Part shown: one piece after another, positions 47,407 through 56,770 of the stretch
How positions within the stretch are numbered: the stretch's first letter is position 1
Layout of the letters: every line of letters starts with the position of its first letter
Made by a program: the position numbers and the translations under genes
IMG/VR virus record: IMGVR_UViG_3300046361_000034
Span: 19,006-83,005 of that record
DNA length: 64,000 nt
DNA from: a virus
Direction: 5' to 3' (one strand)
The notes under the pieces: model-generated
Seen by the model: the letters and a program-made list of their open reading frames with translations, nothing else
What the model was told of the DNA's origin: nothing
Database searches by the model: none

Positions 47407-47910
47407 CTAACATTCAGTTCTACATTTATTATTTATAATGTCAGATACTAATCCTACAGAAATATTATATTCCTTAGCTAATTTTCTCATACTACCTTTA
47501 TTATTATTATAATCTTGTCTTAATTGTTTTACTTTTTCAAAACTTATTACTGATGTATTATGATTTTCTCCTTTTAAACTAGAATTTGTATGTAATCCTG
47601 TTATAACAGCGTGTTTCATATTTTCTGAATGAGTATTCCATTCTAAATTAGATTTAATATCATTATCTTTAATACCATCTTTATGATTTACTTGTGGTTT
47701 ATTTTCAGGATTAGGAATAAAAGCAGAAGCTACTAATCTACAAACACGTAAATTTCTTCTACTTTTATTACCTTTTAATCCTATGTAATTATAACCATCT
47801 TTATCTTTAGATTTATTTATTAAAGTTCCGTCTAATTTTGTAATAGTACTATCTTCATAAACAATAAATTTTACTTTAGTTCTTTTACATATAAACGTTT
47901 TATTTTTCAT
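47407..47910 (-). mobile_element. Free-standing HNH homing endonuclease gene (I-HmuI-like HNH plus C-terminal HTH)
   Basis: RLVASAFIPNPENKPQVNHKDGIK.N...NLEW.T..EN..HA; C-terminal RKLAKEYNIS...VSDIINNK; TAATG-coupled to thyX. Confidence 0.88.
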
Positions 47911-48938
47911 TATAAATTTATTAGTTCTCTATATTGTAAATACCCTTTAAAATTTCTAGACCAACCATATTCAATATTATCTCCTTCTTGTTTTATATGA
48001 TAATTTCTTTCTTCTTGTGTCATATTTCTTGCTATATGTTCAAAAGGACTTGCATGTTTACTATTAACTAATCTATCATATAATTCTAAATCAGCTTTAT
48101 AATCAATTGCTTGTTCTTTACCTGCTATGTGGTATGATACTCTAGCACATCTGACAATAGATATTTTTCTAATTGCTTCATTAATTACATCTTCTGTTAC
48201 TAATGAATCTTTATTATGGCTTAAAAACTCTTGTTTTAAATAATCTTTATCAATAACATCACCATAAGGTAAATGCCATTCTTCCTCTTTCAATAATTTA
48301 GGAGTTGATTCATTAATTGCATCATATATAGATTCAGCAGTAAACATCATATGGATATCAGCTTGACCTTGATTAATTTGTAACCATCCAAGTACATCAT
48401 TATAAGTAGGACATTGAAATTTATTACTATTAGGTAATTGTAAATTATTAATAGCTTTATTTCTAGTTTTAAATAGTCCATTAGGGGTATTATATTGAGG
48501 ACACCTTAATTCAAAGAAGTTTTCCCATTCAGTTGCAGTAACAAGTACTTTATGATACATAAATGGTTCAAGTAATCTATTACATAATTGTTTAGTTACT
48601 CCATCACTATTTAAACCTTTAGCAGCTGTTATAGCTTTAGTACTAGCCATTAACCAATTTCCTACTAAACTATTTTCACGTTCTTCTTCTATAGTAAAAT
48701 ACTCACTACCTTGCATACCACTATGATCTTTTTGCCAAGCATAAGGTATAAATGGATTTTCTTGAATACTTTTAACCATTGTTTCAAATCTAATAGCTCT
48801 ACTACTAGCACTATTACGACTAAACATTCTATGTGTATTAAATTCAGCAAGTATATATCTAGGCATAATAACTTCTAATGTAGTAAGTCTATTACCAAAT
48901 TTATTTATACTATCTGCAACAACTTTTGCACTAATCAT
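47910..48938 (-). CDS. thyX: Flavin-dependent thymidylate synthase
   Basis: AEFNTHRMFSRNSASSRAI (RHRxxSxxxxSxR variant), KQ..NRLLEPF, CARVSY and HASPFEH. Confidence 0.85.
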   Translation of the reverse strand: MISAKVVADSINKFGNRLTTLEVIMPRYILAEFNTHRMFSRNSASSRAIRFETMVKSIQENPFIPYAWQKDHSGMQGSEYFTIEEERENSLVGNWLMASTKAITAAKGLNSDGVTKQLCNRLLEPFMYHKVLVTATEWENFFELRCPQYNTPNGLFKTRNKAINNLQLPNSNKFQCPTYNDVLGWLQINQGQADIHMMFTAESIYDAINESTPKLLKEEEWHLPYGDVIDKDYLKQEFLSHNKDSLVTEDVINEAIRKISIVRCARVSYHIAGKEQAIDYKADLELYDRLVNSKHASPFEHIARNMTQEERNYHIKQEGDNIEYGWSRNFKGYLQYRELINL

Positions 48939-49404
48939 TATTTAGATATTTATCAATTATGCTTTTTAAATCAGGCTCTTCCCAACCGATAGCTTTCAAT
49001 ACTTTATTATTATCTTTACGATAAACTACCCAATATTGATTAACTTTTTTTACATAACAAGTAATATCATCACTTTGATAAGCTTCTATAGTCTCAGCAG
49101 CATGATTTTCGTCTTTACAAACTTTAGTCATATTACTTCTATGAACTTCTGCAAATAACTCATCTTTAATTACCCATAATCCGTGTTCAATTAATGTACC
49201 ATCAAGGAAATATTGTAAGTCTATTAATGCATCAGCAATTTCTACTATATCTTTACTAGAAGCTGCTACAGAATATTCATTAAGTTCTTCTAACATATAA
49301 CCAGTACGAGCGATAGTTCTTTCTAAAGGCAAACAATAAGGAACATTACTAACAGGATGCCCAAACACTTCATGAAATTCTTTAACTTGTTCTATACTTG
49401 TCAT
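48931..49404 (-). CDS. MazG-like NTP pyrophosphohydrolase (probable dUTPase)
   Basis: VKEFHEVF, EELNEY, EIADALID..Y, EVHRSNMTK and KVLK motifs. Confidence 0.85.
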   Translation of the reverse strand: MTSIEQVKEFHEVFGHPVSNVPYCLPLERTIARTGYMLEELNEYSVAASSKDIVEIADALIDLQYFLDGTLIEHGLWVIKDELFAEVHRSNMTKVCKDENHAAETIEAYQSDDITCYVKKVNQYWVVYRKDNNKVLKAIGWEEPDLKSIIDKYLNND

Positions 49405-49405
49405 A

Positions 49406-50074
49406 TTATTTTTTTTTAAATGTACATATTACACTTTCTCCACTTCTTTTAATAGGAGGATTAATATTCTCAATTATCTCATCTTCATTCCAAACTAAAG
49501 TAGGCATTTTATCATGAATTACTTTCTTAGTTCTAATACCTAATGTTTTATTATCTTCAGCAGGTAATTCAACTTTAATAGTATCTTCACGATTTTTAAT
49601 AGCTTCTTTAACTTCATCTTGTATAGCATATAAAGCCATTAAATAACTATCACCACATTCTGTAAAATCATAAGTAATACCAGTATTTTGTATTCTTAAG
49701 TCTGCTCCATAAATTTGTAATGTTTTACCACCATCTAAAGATTTTCTAACAGCACCTAAAATTAATTCTTTAAGTTCCTTATCTCCTTTTTGAGAATCTA
49801 AACATAATTCATTGATTTTACCTACACGTTTTAAAGCAATAAATGCTTGTATTGGGTCAATATTACCTTCTTTAACTTGCCATGCAAATTCTTTAGCAAC
49901 ATCTTCATGAGCTATTAAAGATATATTAAGGAATTTTTGTAGACCAGTAATTTGTTCTTCATCTGTATCATTAGGATTCCAAGTACTTTGAGGCTCTTGT
50001 TGTGGTTCTTCTTTAAATTCAGGTGGAGTTTGTTTTGCCCAATCTGTATTATTATCATTAGAATTTTCTTGCAT
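49406..50074 (-). CDS. Conserved hypothetical phage protein
   Basis: ATG at 50074 preferred over TTG at 50104; G..YDF..C.D motif. Confidence 0.6.
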   Translation of the reverse strand: MQENSNDNNTDWAKQTPPEFKEEPQQEPQSTWNPNDTDEEQITGLQKFLNISLIAHEDVAKEFAWQVKEGNIDPIQAFIALKRVGKINELCLDSQKGDKELKELILGAVRKSLDGGKTLQIYGADLRIQNTGITYDFTECGDSYLMALYAIQDEVKEAIKNREDTIKVELPAEDNKTLGIRTKKVIHDKMPTLVWNEDEIIENINPPIKRSGESVICTFKKK

Positions 50075-50185
50075 AATTTGACGTATTTTAAGGCGATTTG
50101 CCAAGTTAAAAATTGATTTTTGTAGGTAGATACCTTTGCCTATAAAAGATAGATTGTGGGAGTTTTATGTGCTTTATCGACTAGA
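50075..50185. other. Intergenic phased DNA patch E with palindromic core AGGTAGATACCT
   Basis: GC clusters every ~10.5 bp on both sides of core 50124-50135, separated by A/T tracts. Confidence 0.4.
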
Positions 50186-51257
50186 ATGGTAATATATCTT
50201 TGTTATCTGAAATACTATTTAACTTTATACCTAATCTATCTAATATAACATCAAATGCTTCACGAGCATCATCAGAATTACAATACTTTTGTCTAAACTC
50301 AATAAGTAAATCATTTACTCCTAATTTAGATATAAGAAATTGTTTGATTTTATCAACAGCAATTTTAAAATAAGACTGTGATTTAAGGTGTACTTTAATA
50401 TGTTCATTCTTTACAACAATCTCTTGTCCGTTTTCAGTAGCAATAAATTCAATATTGTTTCCTATAATCTTAGGTTTAATACTTTTAAGTTTTTCATGTG
50501 GTACAGTTGATACATATTTCATATCATCATAGTTCTGATCAACAAAGTTAAATTTACCTTCAGCTTCATTAAGCTTAGATGTAAAATATGATGATTCCCA
50601 AGCACCAGGAATTTTTCTATCTCTATCTAACTTAATAATACTAGGATTAAGATTATAAGATTTTTTAAAGTTTTTAATATTACAAACAAAAAGTTTACCT
50701 ACATAGAAATTACCAATAGATTTATTAACAATATCTCCATAATAATCAGAATGAAATAATATATCTTTTTGTTTAATAAGGTTATTATTAAAAGTATCAA
50801 ATTGAGATTTAGATATAAAAAATCTTATAGTAAAAGAGTTATTTACATCATTAACAATATTATCAACACTAATTGCTAAACTTTTACCTATAAAAGGTTG
50901 TTCATTCCATAAAGCCTCAATATTATGTTTATGTGTATTAATTTGAATTTTATAATTTTCTCTAAGAAATATAAGAAAAGCCATTTTAAGACCTTCTCCA
51001 TGTTGACCAATAGCTTCTTTATTATTCCCTTTTTCAGATTCTCCTATTTTAAGAAATTCTAAATTTTCAGGTAAATAATTATTAGATAAAATTACTTCAG
51101 TAAGAGATTCATTTGTATAAGTATCAATTAAATCAGTTACTTTATGTTGTTGGGTAAATTTACCATAATCCATAAAATTTTGATATACTTCACGTAACGC
51201 TTCTTGAATACCCCAATCTTTAAGATAATTTTCTCCTATACCATATTGTATAATCAT
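50181..51257 (-). CDS. GHKL (HATPase_c-like) ATPase domain protein
   Basis: W...EALREVYQNFMD (N box) and IGQHGEGLK (G2 box). Confidence 0.7.
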   Translation of the reverse strand: MIIQYGIGENYLKDWGIQEALREVYQNFMDYGKFTQQHKVTDLIDTYTNESLTEVILSNNYLPENLEFLKIGESEKGNNKEAIGQHGEGLKMAFLIFLRENYKIQINTHKHNIEALWNEQPFIGKSLAISVDNIVNDVNNSFTIRFFISKSQFDTFNNNLIKQKDILFHSDYYGDIVNKSIGNFYVGKLFVCNIKNFKKSYNLNPSIIKLDRDRKIPGAWESSYFTSKLNEAEGKFNFVDQNYDDMKYVSTVPHEKLKSIKPKIIGNNIEFIATENGQEIVVKNEHIKVHLKSQSYFKIAVDKIKQFLISKLGVNDLLIEFRQKYCNSDDAREAFDVILDRLGIKLNSISDNKDILPF

Positions 51258-51634
51258 TCTATAATTTTTATAGGTTTAACATCACTTGTTTTAAATAAAG
51301 TATTAATATCTTTAATTACTACATATAAGGTATTAGTAGTCGCTGCTCTATATATTTTACTATCTCTAATTAATCTTTTTCTACCAAGTTTTCCTTTAGA
51401 AAATTTAAAGATTTCTTCAAACATAGGACACCAATAGTATTTATTATTTTTTACAATAAGAATACTACAAGATTTGTTAAAAGGAATTCCTTTTAAATTA
51501 TTAAGTTTTAATTCATACGGAGTAAGTACATCATAATTTTTATAATATACATCTCTATTTGGATTAATTCTTATATATTCAAATTTAAAAGGTATCCTTT
51601 TAACAAATATTATTTCTATTAAGTTTTCAATCAT
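51254..51634 (-). CDS. Hypothetical protein
   Basis: 126-aa basic ORF; ATGA overlap with the next gene. Confidence 0.5.
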   Translation of the reverse strand: MIENLIEIIFVKRIPFKFEYIRINPNRDVYYKNYDVLTPYELKLNNLKGIPFNKSCSILIVKNNKYYWCPMFEEIFKFSKGKLGRKRLIRDSKIYRAATTNTLYVVIKDINTLFKTSDVKPIKIIE

Positions 51635-51989
51635 AAGTAAAAATTATAGAGGGTTCTCCAATAGTTGCATTAAAATAAGAAATGTTGTTAGTATCAAAAA
51701 GTTCAATAATATATTTTACTTTTGGTTCTAAACATTTTACAACAATAGTACTTTTAAATTTTAATTTTATAATATCTTCTAAAGTTTTAGAATATAAATA
51801 TAAATCATGTTCAGGTATTCTTACAAAATATTGAAAACGTGTTTTCAATTTATTATCTATTTTAATAAGATTAAAATCAAGAGTATAAGTTTTATTATAA
51901 TTAATATAAGTAGTTTTACCTATTTTAGTTTTATAACTTGTAATAAGTTGTCCTTTTACTTTAACTATTTTAAAATCTAAATTATTCAT
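51627..51989 (-). CDS. Hypothetical protein
   Basis: 120-aa ORF overlapping both neighbours. Confidence 0.5.
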   Translation of the reverse strand: MNNLDFKIVKVKGQLITSYKTKIGKTTYINYNKTYTLDFNLIKIDNKLKTRFQYFVRIPEHDLYLYSKTLEDIIKLKFKSTIVVKCLEPKVKYIIELFDTNNISYFNATIGEPSIIFTYD

Positions 51990-53289
51990 AATCTCTTACA
52001 GTATTATTAATAACATGTAATGGTTTACCATCTTCTGTATATTCATAAAAAGTACAAGTAAGTAATTTACCTATATAATTATGTTTCTGATAAAGTATAG
52101 AACTTTTAAATTCTTCATTACCAGTAGGATTAACTTCAAATTCTTTACCATCTTTAGTAATACATACAAATAAAGCTAAGCTAGGATTTACAGTTTGAGG
52201 CTTAACATCAATAATTTTAAATTCATCATCCATACAACGTTTAAGTTTAACCATAGTCATAGGTCTTTTACCAAAAGTATATATAGCTTCAGAATCTCTT
52301 AATATAGTCCCCTCATATCCATCTTTGATATAAGTATCTGTTTGTAATTGTACATTATAATCATCGACTATTCTTAAAGTCTTAACATATTCGATAGAAC
52401 TATCTAATCTTTCAATAGTATGTACTAATAAAGATTTCATTATTTTAATTCTATCAATGTTTTTAACATTAGGTATAGCTAAATCAAAACATACAAATTT
52501 AAGTCTAGGAGTATTAAGATTTGGCTTCTTAACAGCAGATGATATAGTTTGTAACAACTCGTTATGAATATATAACTCACCATCAAATACTATATCTATT
52601 AATTCTTCTCCTATAGTTGTAGTAAAAATTTCTTTATAGTTTTCAAACTCTTGTTCAATATGAGGAATACTATATTCTAAACCTTCTTTACTTAATAATT
52701 GTACTTTACCTAAATTATTAATACTGATAGTACATCTTACTCCATTAATCTTAGGTTGAATAAGACAAGGAAATTTTATAATAATAGCATTAGATTCTTT
52801 CTTAGCAAATGGACTCATCAAGTAATAATACTTTCTATCATCCCATACTTTACCAGTAGGATCAACCCATGTAGGTTTCTTAGCAGTTTTAGAGCTTCTA
52901 AAATACTGCTGTGCTTTCATTGGTTTAAGATTTCCATCTAAATCAGTTGTATTAAATCTTAAATTTTCTTTTAAAAATAAATGTATATTTTTATCAGCAG
53001 TAAAAGCAGCACTAGTATCATTAAAGTTTAAATCATCTAATGATTTATAACCTTCTCTACGTTTTTTATTATAAAGAGATTGTATATCATTTTCAGCTTG
53101 AGATAAAGGAGAAGTTTCATTAACTTTATTTATATTTTTTCCTTGAATGTTATCTCTCCTATTTTCAATTAATTTCCCTCCTAATTCTCCATAAGAAATA
53201 AGAATACTTATTCCTGATGTATTTTGAATAGTTTTGGCTTCCCATTGTAAAATAGTTCCTTTACTATCTTTTTTATATAAAGTTATCAT
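51982..53289 (-). CDS. ATP-dependent DNA ligase
   Basis: Motif I QPKINGVR, III FDGELY, IIIa FVCFDL, IV YEGTILR and V VKLK. Confidence 0.92.
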   Translation of the reverse strand: MITLYKKDSKGTILQWEAKTIQNTSGISILISYGELGGKLIENRRDNIQGKNINKVNETSPLSQAENDIQSLYNKKRREGYKSLDDLNFNDTSAAFTADKNIHLFLKENLRFNTTDLDGNLKPMKAQQYFRSSKTAKKPTWVDPTGKVWDDRKYYYLMSPFAKKESNAIIIKFPCLIQPKINGVRCTISINNLGKVQLLSKEGLEYSIPHIEQEFENYKEIFTTTIGEELIDIVFDGELYIHNELLQTISSAVKKPNLNTPRLKFVCFDLAIPNVKNIDRIKIMKSLLVHTIERLDSSIEYVKTLRIVDDYNVQLQTDTYIKDGYEGTILRDSEAIYTFGKRPMTMVKLKRCMDDEFKIIDVKPQTVNPSLALFVCITKDGKEFEVNPTGNEEFKSSILYQKHNYIGKLLTCTFYEYTEDGKPLHVINNTVRDYE

Positions 53290-53292
53290 AAA

Positions 53293-53529
53293 TTAAATTT
53301 TAAGTTTAAAGTATCTTTTTAACCAACTATGGTAATTAATTGCTTGTTTATTAATAAGTACTTTTCCATTATAAAATCGTACTTTAATTCCTTTATCTTG
53401 TTGTATATTAGTTTCGATACTTTCAATAGTACCAAATTCTCCATAATTAAATGATGTATCTTCATTAATACCTAATACATCACGTCTTAATTGTACAACA
53501 TTTCCTGTATAGGTAGTAATTTGTAACAT
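53293..53529 (-). CDS. Hypothetical protein
   Basis: 78-aa ORF in the operon. Confidence 0.55.
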   Translation of the reverse strand: MLQITTYTGNVVQLRRDVLGINEDTSFNYGEFGTIESIETNIQQDKGIKVRFYNGKVLINKQAINYHSWLKRYFKLKI

Positions 53530-53531
53530 AT

Positions 53532-54014
53532 TTAATTATTTTTAATTATTATTTTTAATATAAGTCCAGTATTACTACCAGCTTTTTCAATAACAGATTG
53601 CCAACTTTTTATTGCCGAATTACATAAGTTTACTAACCACATATTATCTCGTTGATATTGTAAACTTCTAGTATATAATCTAAATTGAGGCTCTTTACCT
53701 TCTTTTATATCAATTCGTCTATGAGGAAATTGATATACTAAATCATAATATTGTTTAAAATTATTAAAGTTACCACAATAAGTAACTTCTTTAACATCTG
53801 AATTTTTTGTTATAAATGATTGATTAACTAGTTGTTCATATATGAATGGTTGAAGTTCTTTACTAGCTACAATTTCTTTTAATTCTTGAGCAGTACAAGG
53901 TAAAACAAGATACTTAAGAGTTTGTAATTCACTTTTTTGTTGTTTAACTACAACACTTCCTTTTTCAAATAACTTTACTTCAAGTAAACGATTTTTTTCT
54001 TTTATTGTATCCAT
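53532..54014 (-). CDS. Hypothetical protein
   Basis: 160-aa ORF overlapping the primase stop. Confidence 0.55.
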   Translation of the reverse strand: MDTIKEKNRLLEVKLFEKGSVVVKQQKSELQTLKYLVLPCTAQELKEIVASKELQPFIYEQLVNQSFITKNSDVKEVTYCGNFNNFKQYYDLVYQFPHRRIDIKEGKEPQFRLYTRSLQYQRDNMWLVNLCNSAIKSWQSVIEKAGSNTGLILKIIIKNN

Positions 54015-55144
54015 TGTAGAGAGTTATAATTATATTTATTAATTGCTTGTAATTCTTCATAATATTGGTCTATAAGATTTTCTATAAGATTTTTAGTTTT
54101 TTCACGACCATAAGTATCTCTAAAATCAGTAAAATCTTTAGCACCAAAGTCTGGTTGATTATATTTGCCTTTAGTGAACATTAGTGGTTGACAATTATAT
54201 ACTCTTTTGTATTTATTTGCTAATACTACGCCAGTTGCATCATAATCGAAATTAGTTAATATTATATCACATTTAGATTTAATATTAATAAATTCATCAG
54301 TATTCATAAGATAAGTTTCTGAAGGAACTGCTACAGCTTGAATACCAAAAGTTTTATAACATAATACATCTTTATATGATTTAGTTATAATACCTACTCT
54401 AGCAGGTTGAAACATATGAAGTCCTTGTATAAAAGGATAATTAGAAAAGAATTTGTTACTACCACGTTTTCTTAAAGGCAAATATATCTTCCATAAAACA
54501 ATACCATCAATATTTCCACCATAATAAGCATAAGCAGGATCTCTTGAATTATATTTATATATCTTATGTAAATACCCATCTTTACCTTCAACTTCTAATT
54601 CATAAACAGGAATTACTTTACCTATTTTTAAAATCTCACCATTAATTCCATATCTGTCATTCCAGTATTTTTTATCATAATTATCCCAACTTCTTGGTAT
54701 TACTTTAAACACTTTTAATTCAGCTCTTTTAATATAAGATTCTATAAATATATTTAATTTCTTTCTTTCAAATAAAGCATCTTTAGATAGATTACTATAT
54801 TTATGTATTTTGAAATCATAAGCAATTTTATGTAATAGAAGTTTAAAACCTTGTCCAGTTTTACTACTAATTTTAGTAACTCTAGATGCTACATCAAATA
54901 CATCTCCATCAAATGAACCATTCCAATCTTTAAGTTTAAGTCTAACTTCCCCAAATTTATCTTCTTTATACCAATAATTACAAGTAGGATTTTTATCATC
55001 TCTAAATAGTGAAGTAAAGGAACTGCCTTCTAATGAATATTTATCTACAGTTATACCTGTATATAATTCCATTATTTCCTCTTGTGTAATTCTTTCTAGA
55101 ATATACTTCTTTGTTAACTCTGGTAAAATGTTTAGATTTTTCAA
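54002..55144 (-). CDS. DnaG-type primase (crAss-like)
   Basis: S.FR.DKNPTC, TOPRIM IITKSYKDV...VPSE and FDYD..G, KDFTD; TTG start. Confidence 0.85.
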   Translation of the reverse strand: MKNLNILPELTKKYILERITQEEIMELYTGITVDKYSLEGSSFTSLFRDDKNPTCNYWYKEDKFGEVRLKLKDWNGSFDGDVFDVASRVTKISSKTGQGFKLLLHKIAYDFKIHKYSNLSKDALFERKKLNIFIESYIKRAELKVFKVIPRSWDNYDKKYWNDRYGINGEILKIGKVIPVYELEVEGKDGYLHKIYKYNSRDPAYAYYGGNIDGIVLWKIYLPLRKRGSNKFFSNYPFIQGLHMFQPARVGIITKSYKDVLCYKTFGIQAVAVPSETYLMNTDEFINIKSKCDIILTNFDYDATGVVLANKYKRVYNCQPLMFTKGKYNQPDFGAKDFTDFRDTYGREKTKNLIENLIDQYYEELQAINKYNYNSLQWIQ

Positions 55145-55151
55145 TATATAT

Positions 55152-55182
55152 AAAAAAAGAGGTACTTATTAAGTACCTCTTT
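55152..55182 (-). terminator. Rho-independent terminator
   Basis: Stem aaagaggtactt / aagtacctcttt with a U-tract on the minus strand. Confidence 0.8.
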
Positions 55183-55206
55183 AATTTAAATTAAAATTAA
55201 ATATTA

Positions 55207-55971
55207 TTAAGGAATATCTGGATAATCATCATATCCTCCAGCCGCTCCTCCACCATATTCTGCATTTGTTCCTCCTGCATATGGTGCAGCAGGTTTAGCT
55301 TTTTCTTGTGCAACTAATTTATCATATTGTGGATTAATTTGTAATTCACAAGGAATTTGTTCTCCTTTACCATTAAAAGCTTTTTGAATAAAATTAGGAT
55401 ATAAAGGAACTTGAAGTCTTGTTTGATAATAAGTAATTTTCCAATACACTTCAGTTTTAGAATAAGTAGGAATACTTTTAGGAGTATCACTCTCTTTTAC
55501 AGCAACTGCTGTTTGGTCAGTATTAAAAGATTTTGCAACATTTGAAAAGAATTCAGCATAAGTACCTCCATTCATAGAACCTTCTATAAATTTACTTGCA
55601 CCAACTGTTTCATCAAAGATATGTTTAATCCGTTGTTGAATTTGCTCATGTTTTTTATCAAAATTTTCATCATCATCTTCTACTGGAAATTCTAAATGAG
55701 TAAATTGTTTTCCATCTTTAGTAATAAATACAAAAATTACTACAGGAGTTGGTGTAACAGTATCATTACGTTTAATTTCCTTTGCAGGATCAAAATGTAC
55801 TTTAACAAGTTTACAAATAGGAAATTCATAACCGTTAGGAAACATAGAATGACGAGCATCAAGTTTTCTAGGTGCAGGAATAGGAATACCTGCTTTAGCT
55901 TCTAAGTCTTTACTAATTCCTAATTGTCTTTTAGGTTGTCCACTAGGAACATCTTTAACTTCTTCTAACAT
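55207..55971 (-). CDS. Putative single-stranded DNA-binding protein
   Basis: 254 aa with a Gly/Ala-rich acidic tail ending YDDYPDIP; next to the primase. Confidence 0.5.
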   Translation of the reverse strand: MLEEVKDVPSGQPKRQLGISKDLEAKAGIPIPAPRKLDARHSMFPNGYEFPICKLVKVHFDPAKEIKRNDTVTPTPVVIFVFITKDGKQFTHLEFPVEDDDENFDKKHEQIQQRIKHIFDETVGASKFIEGSMNGGTYAEFFSNVAKSFNTDQTAVAVKESDTPKSIPTYSKTEVYWKITYYQTRLQVPLYPNFIQKAFNGKGEQIPCELQINPQYDKLVAQEKAKPAAPYAGGTNAEYGGGAAGGYDDYPDIP

Positions 55972-56023
55972 AATCGTTAAGATTTTTAAGGTTTAAATAA
56001 TAAATTTAATTAATATGCAAGGT

Positions 56024-56056
56024 AAAAAAAGAGGTATAGAATTAACTATACCTCTT
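56024..56056 (-). terminator. Rho-independent terminator
   Basis: Stem aagaggtatag / ctatacctctt with a U-tract on the minus strand. Confidence 0.8.
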
Positions 56057-56077
56057 ATATTATAAGACTAATAAATA

Positions 56078-56734
56078 TTATACTTCTTCTTCATCAAAAT
56101 CTACTTCATTTGTAGTTTCAGCCTCTGTTGATGGCTCTACGTCAGTAGCTACAGCAATATCAGAAGCTTGAGGAGCATCATCTTCATCTTCGTCATCTTC
56201 TTCAGTACCTTCTTCATTTCTAATCATTTTAGCTACATCTTTTTTCCATACTAGAGGATAAAAAGTAGTTTCAAATAACTCATCTGTACCATCCTCATTA
56301 GTTTCACCAGTAGGTACAGCAGCATCAACTCCTTCACCTAATGTAAAAAATCTATTGTGCTTTTCACTACCACCAGCCGCTTTCCATCCAATAGCAGCAG
56401 TTAATCTTAAATTAGAAGAACCTGCTGCAGCTTCACGTAAAACACCACCAAATCCAGGAACAAGAATAATATCTCTACCTCTTTCTCCTTTTACAGCTTG
56501 ACCGTTCTCATCTCTTTTAACTTGAGCAGTTTTACCTTTAGCAATATAAATTACTAATTTTCCATTTGCATCTTCTCCTTCAACTACAAGTCCAGAATCT
56601 CCACTTTTAACTCCTAACTTTTCTTGAATAAATGGAGTAAATTTAATTTCTCCCGGAGTTGGTCCTAATATAACAACTTCTTCATAAGCACCTTTTGATT
56701 CTTTTTTACCTGTAAGATTTTTAAATACTAACAT
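56078..56734 (-). CDS. Conserved hypothetical protein with a long acidic C-terminal tail
   Basis: 218 aa; the last ~45 residues are D/E-rich. Confidence 0.65.
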   Translation of the reverse strand: MLVFKNLTGKKESKGAYEEVVILGPTPGEIKFTPFIQEKLGVKSGDSGLVVEGEDANGKLVIYIAKGKTAQVKRDENGQAVKGERGRDIILVPGFGGVLREAAAGSSNLRLTAAIGWKAAGGSEKHNRFFTLGEGVDAAVPTGETNEDGTDELFETTFYPLVWKKDVAKMIRNEEGTEEDDEDEDDAPQASDIAVATDVEPSTEAETTNEVDFDEEEV

Positions 56735-56770
56735 AATATTTTAATGTTTAAGATTAATAAATGATTTAAA

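Noticed and set aside
47374-47945. Group I intron in thyX
   Set aside because: The HNH ORF abuts the thyX stop on one side and the relic 3' end on the other, leaving no non-coding space for a ribozyme core.
50131-50138. TACCTTTG matching the Bacteroidota -7 box on the + strand
   Set aside because: Antisense to the local genes and no TTTG at the correct 19-21 nt spacing.
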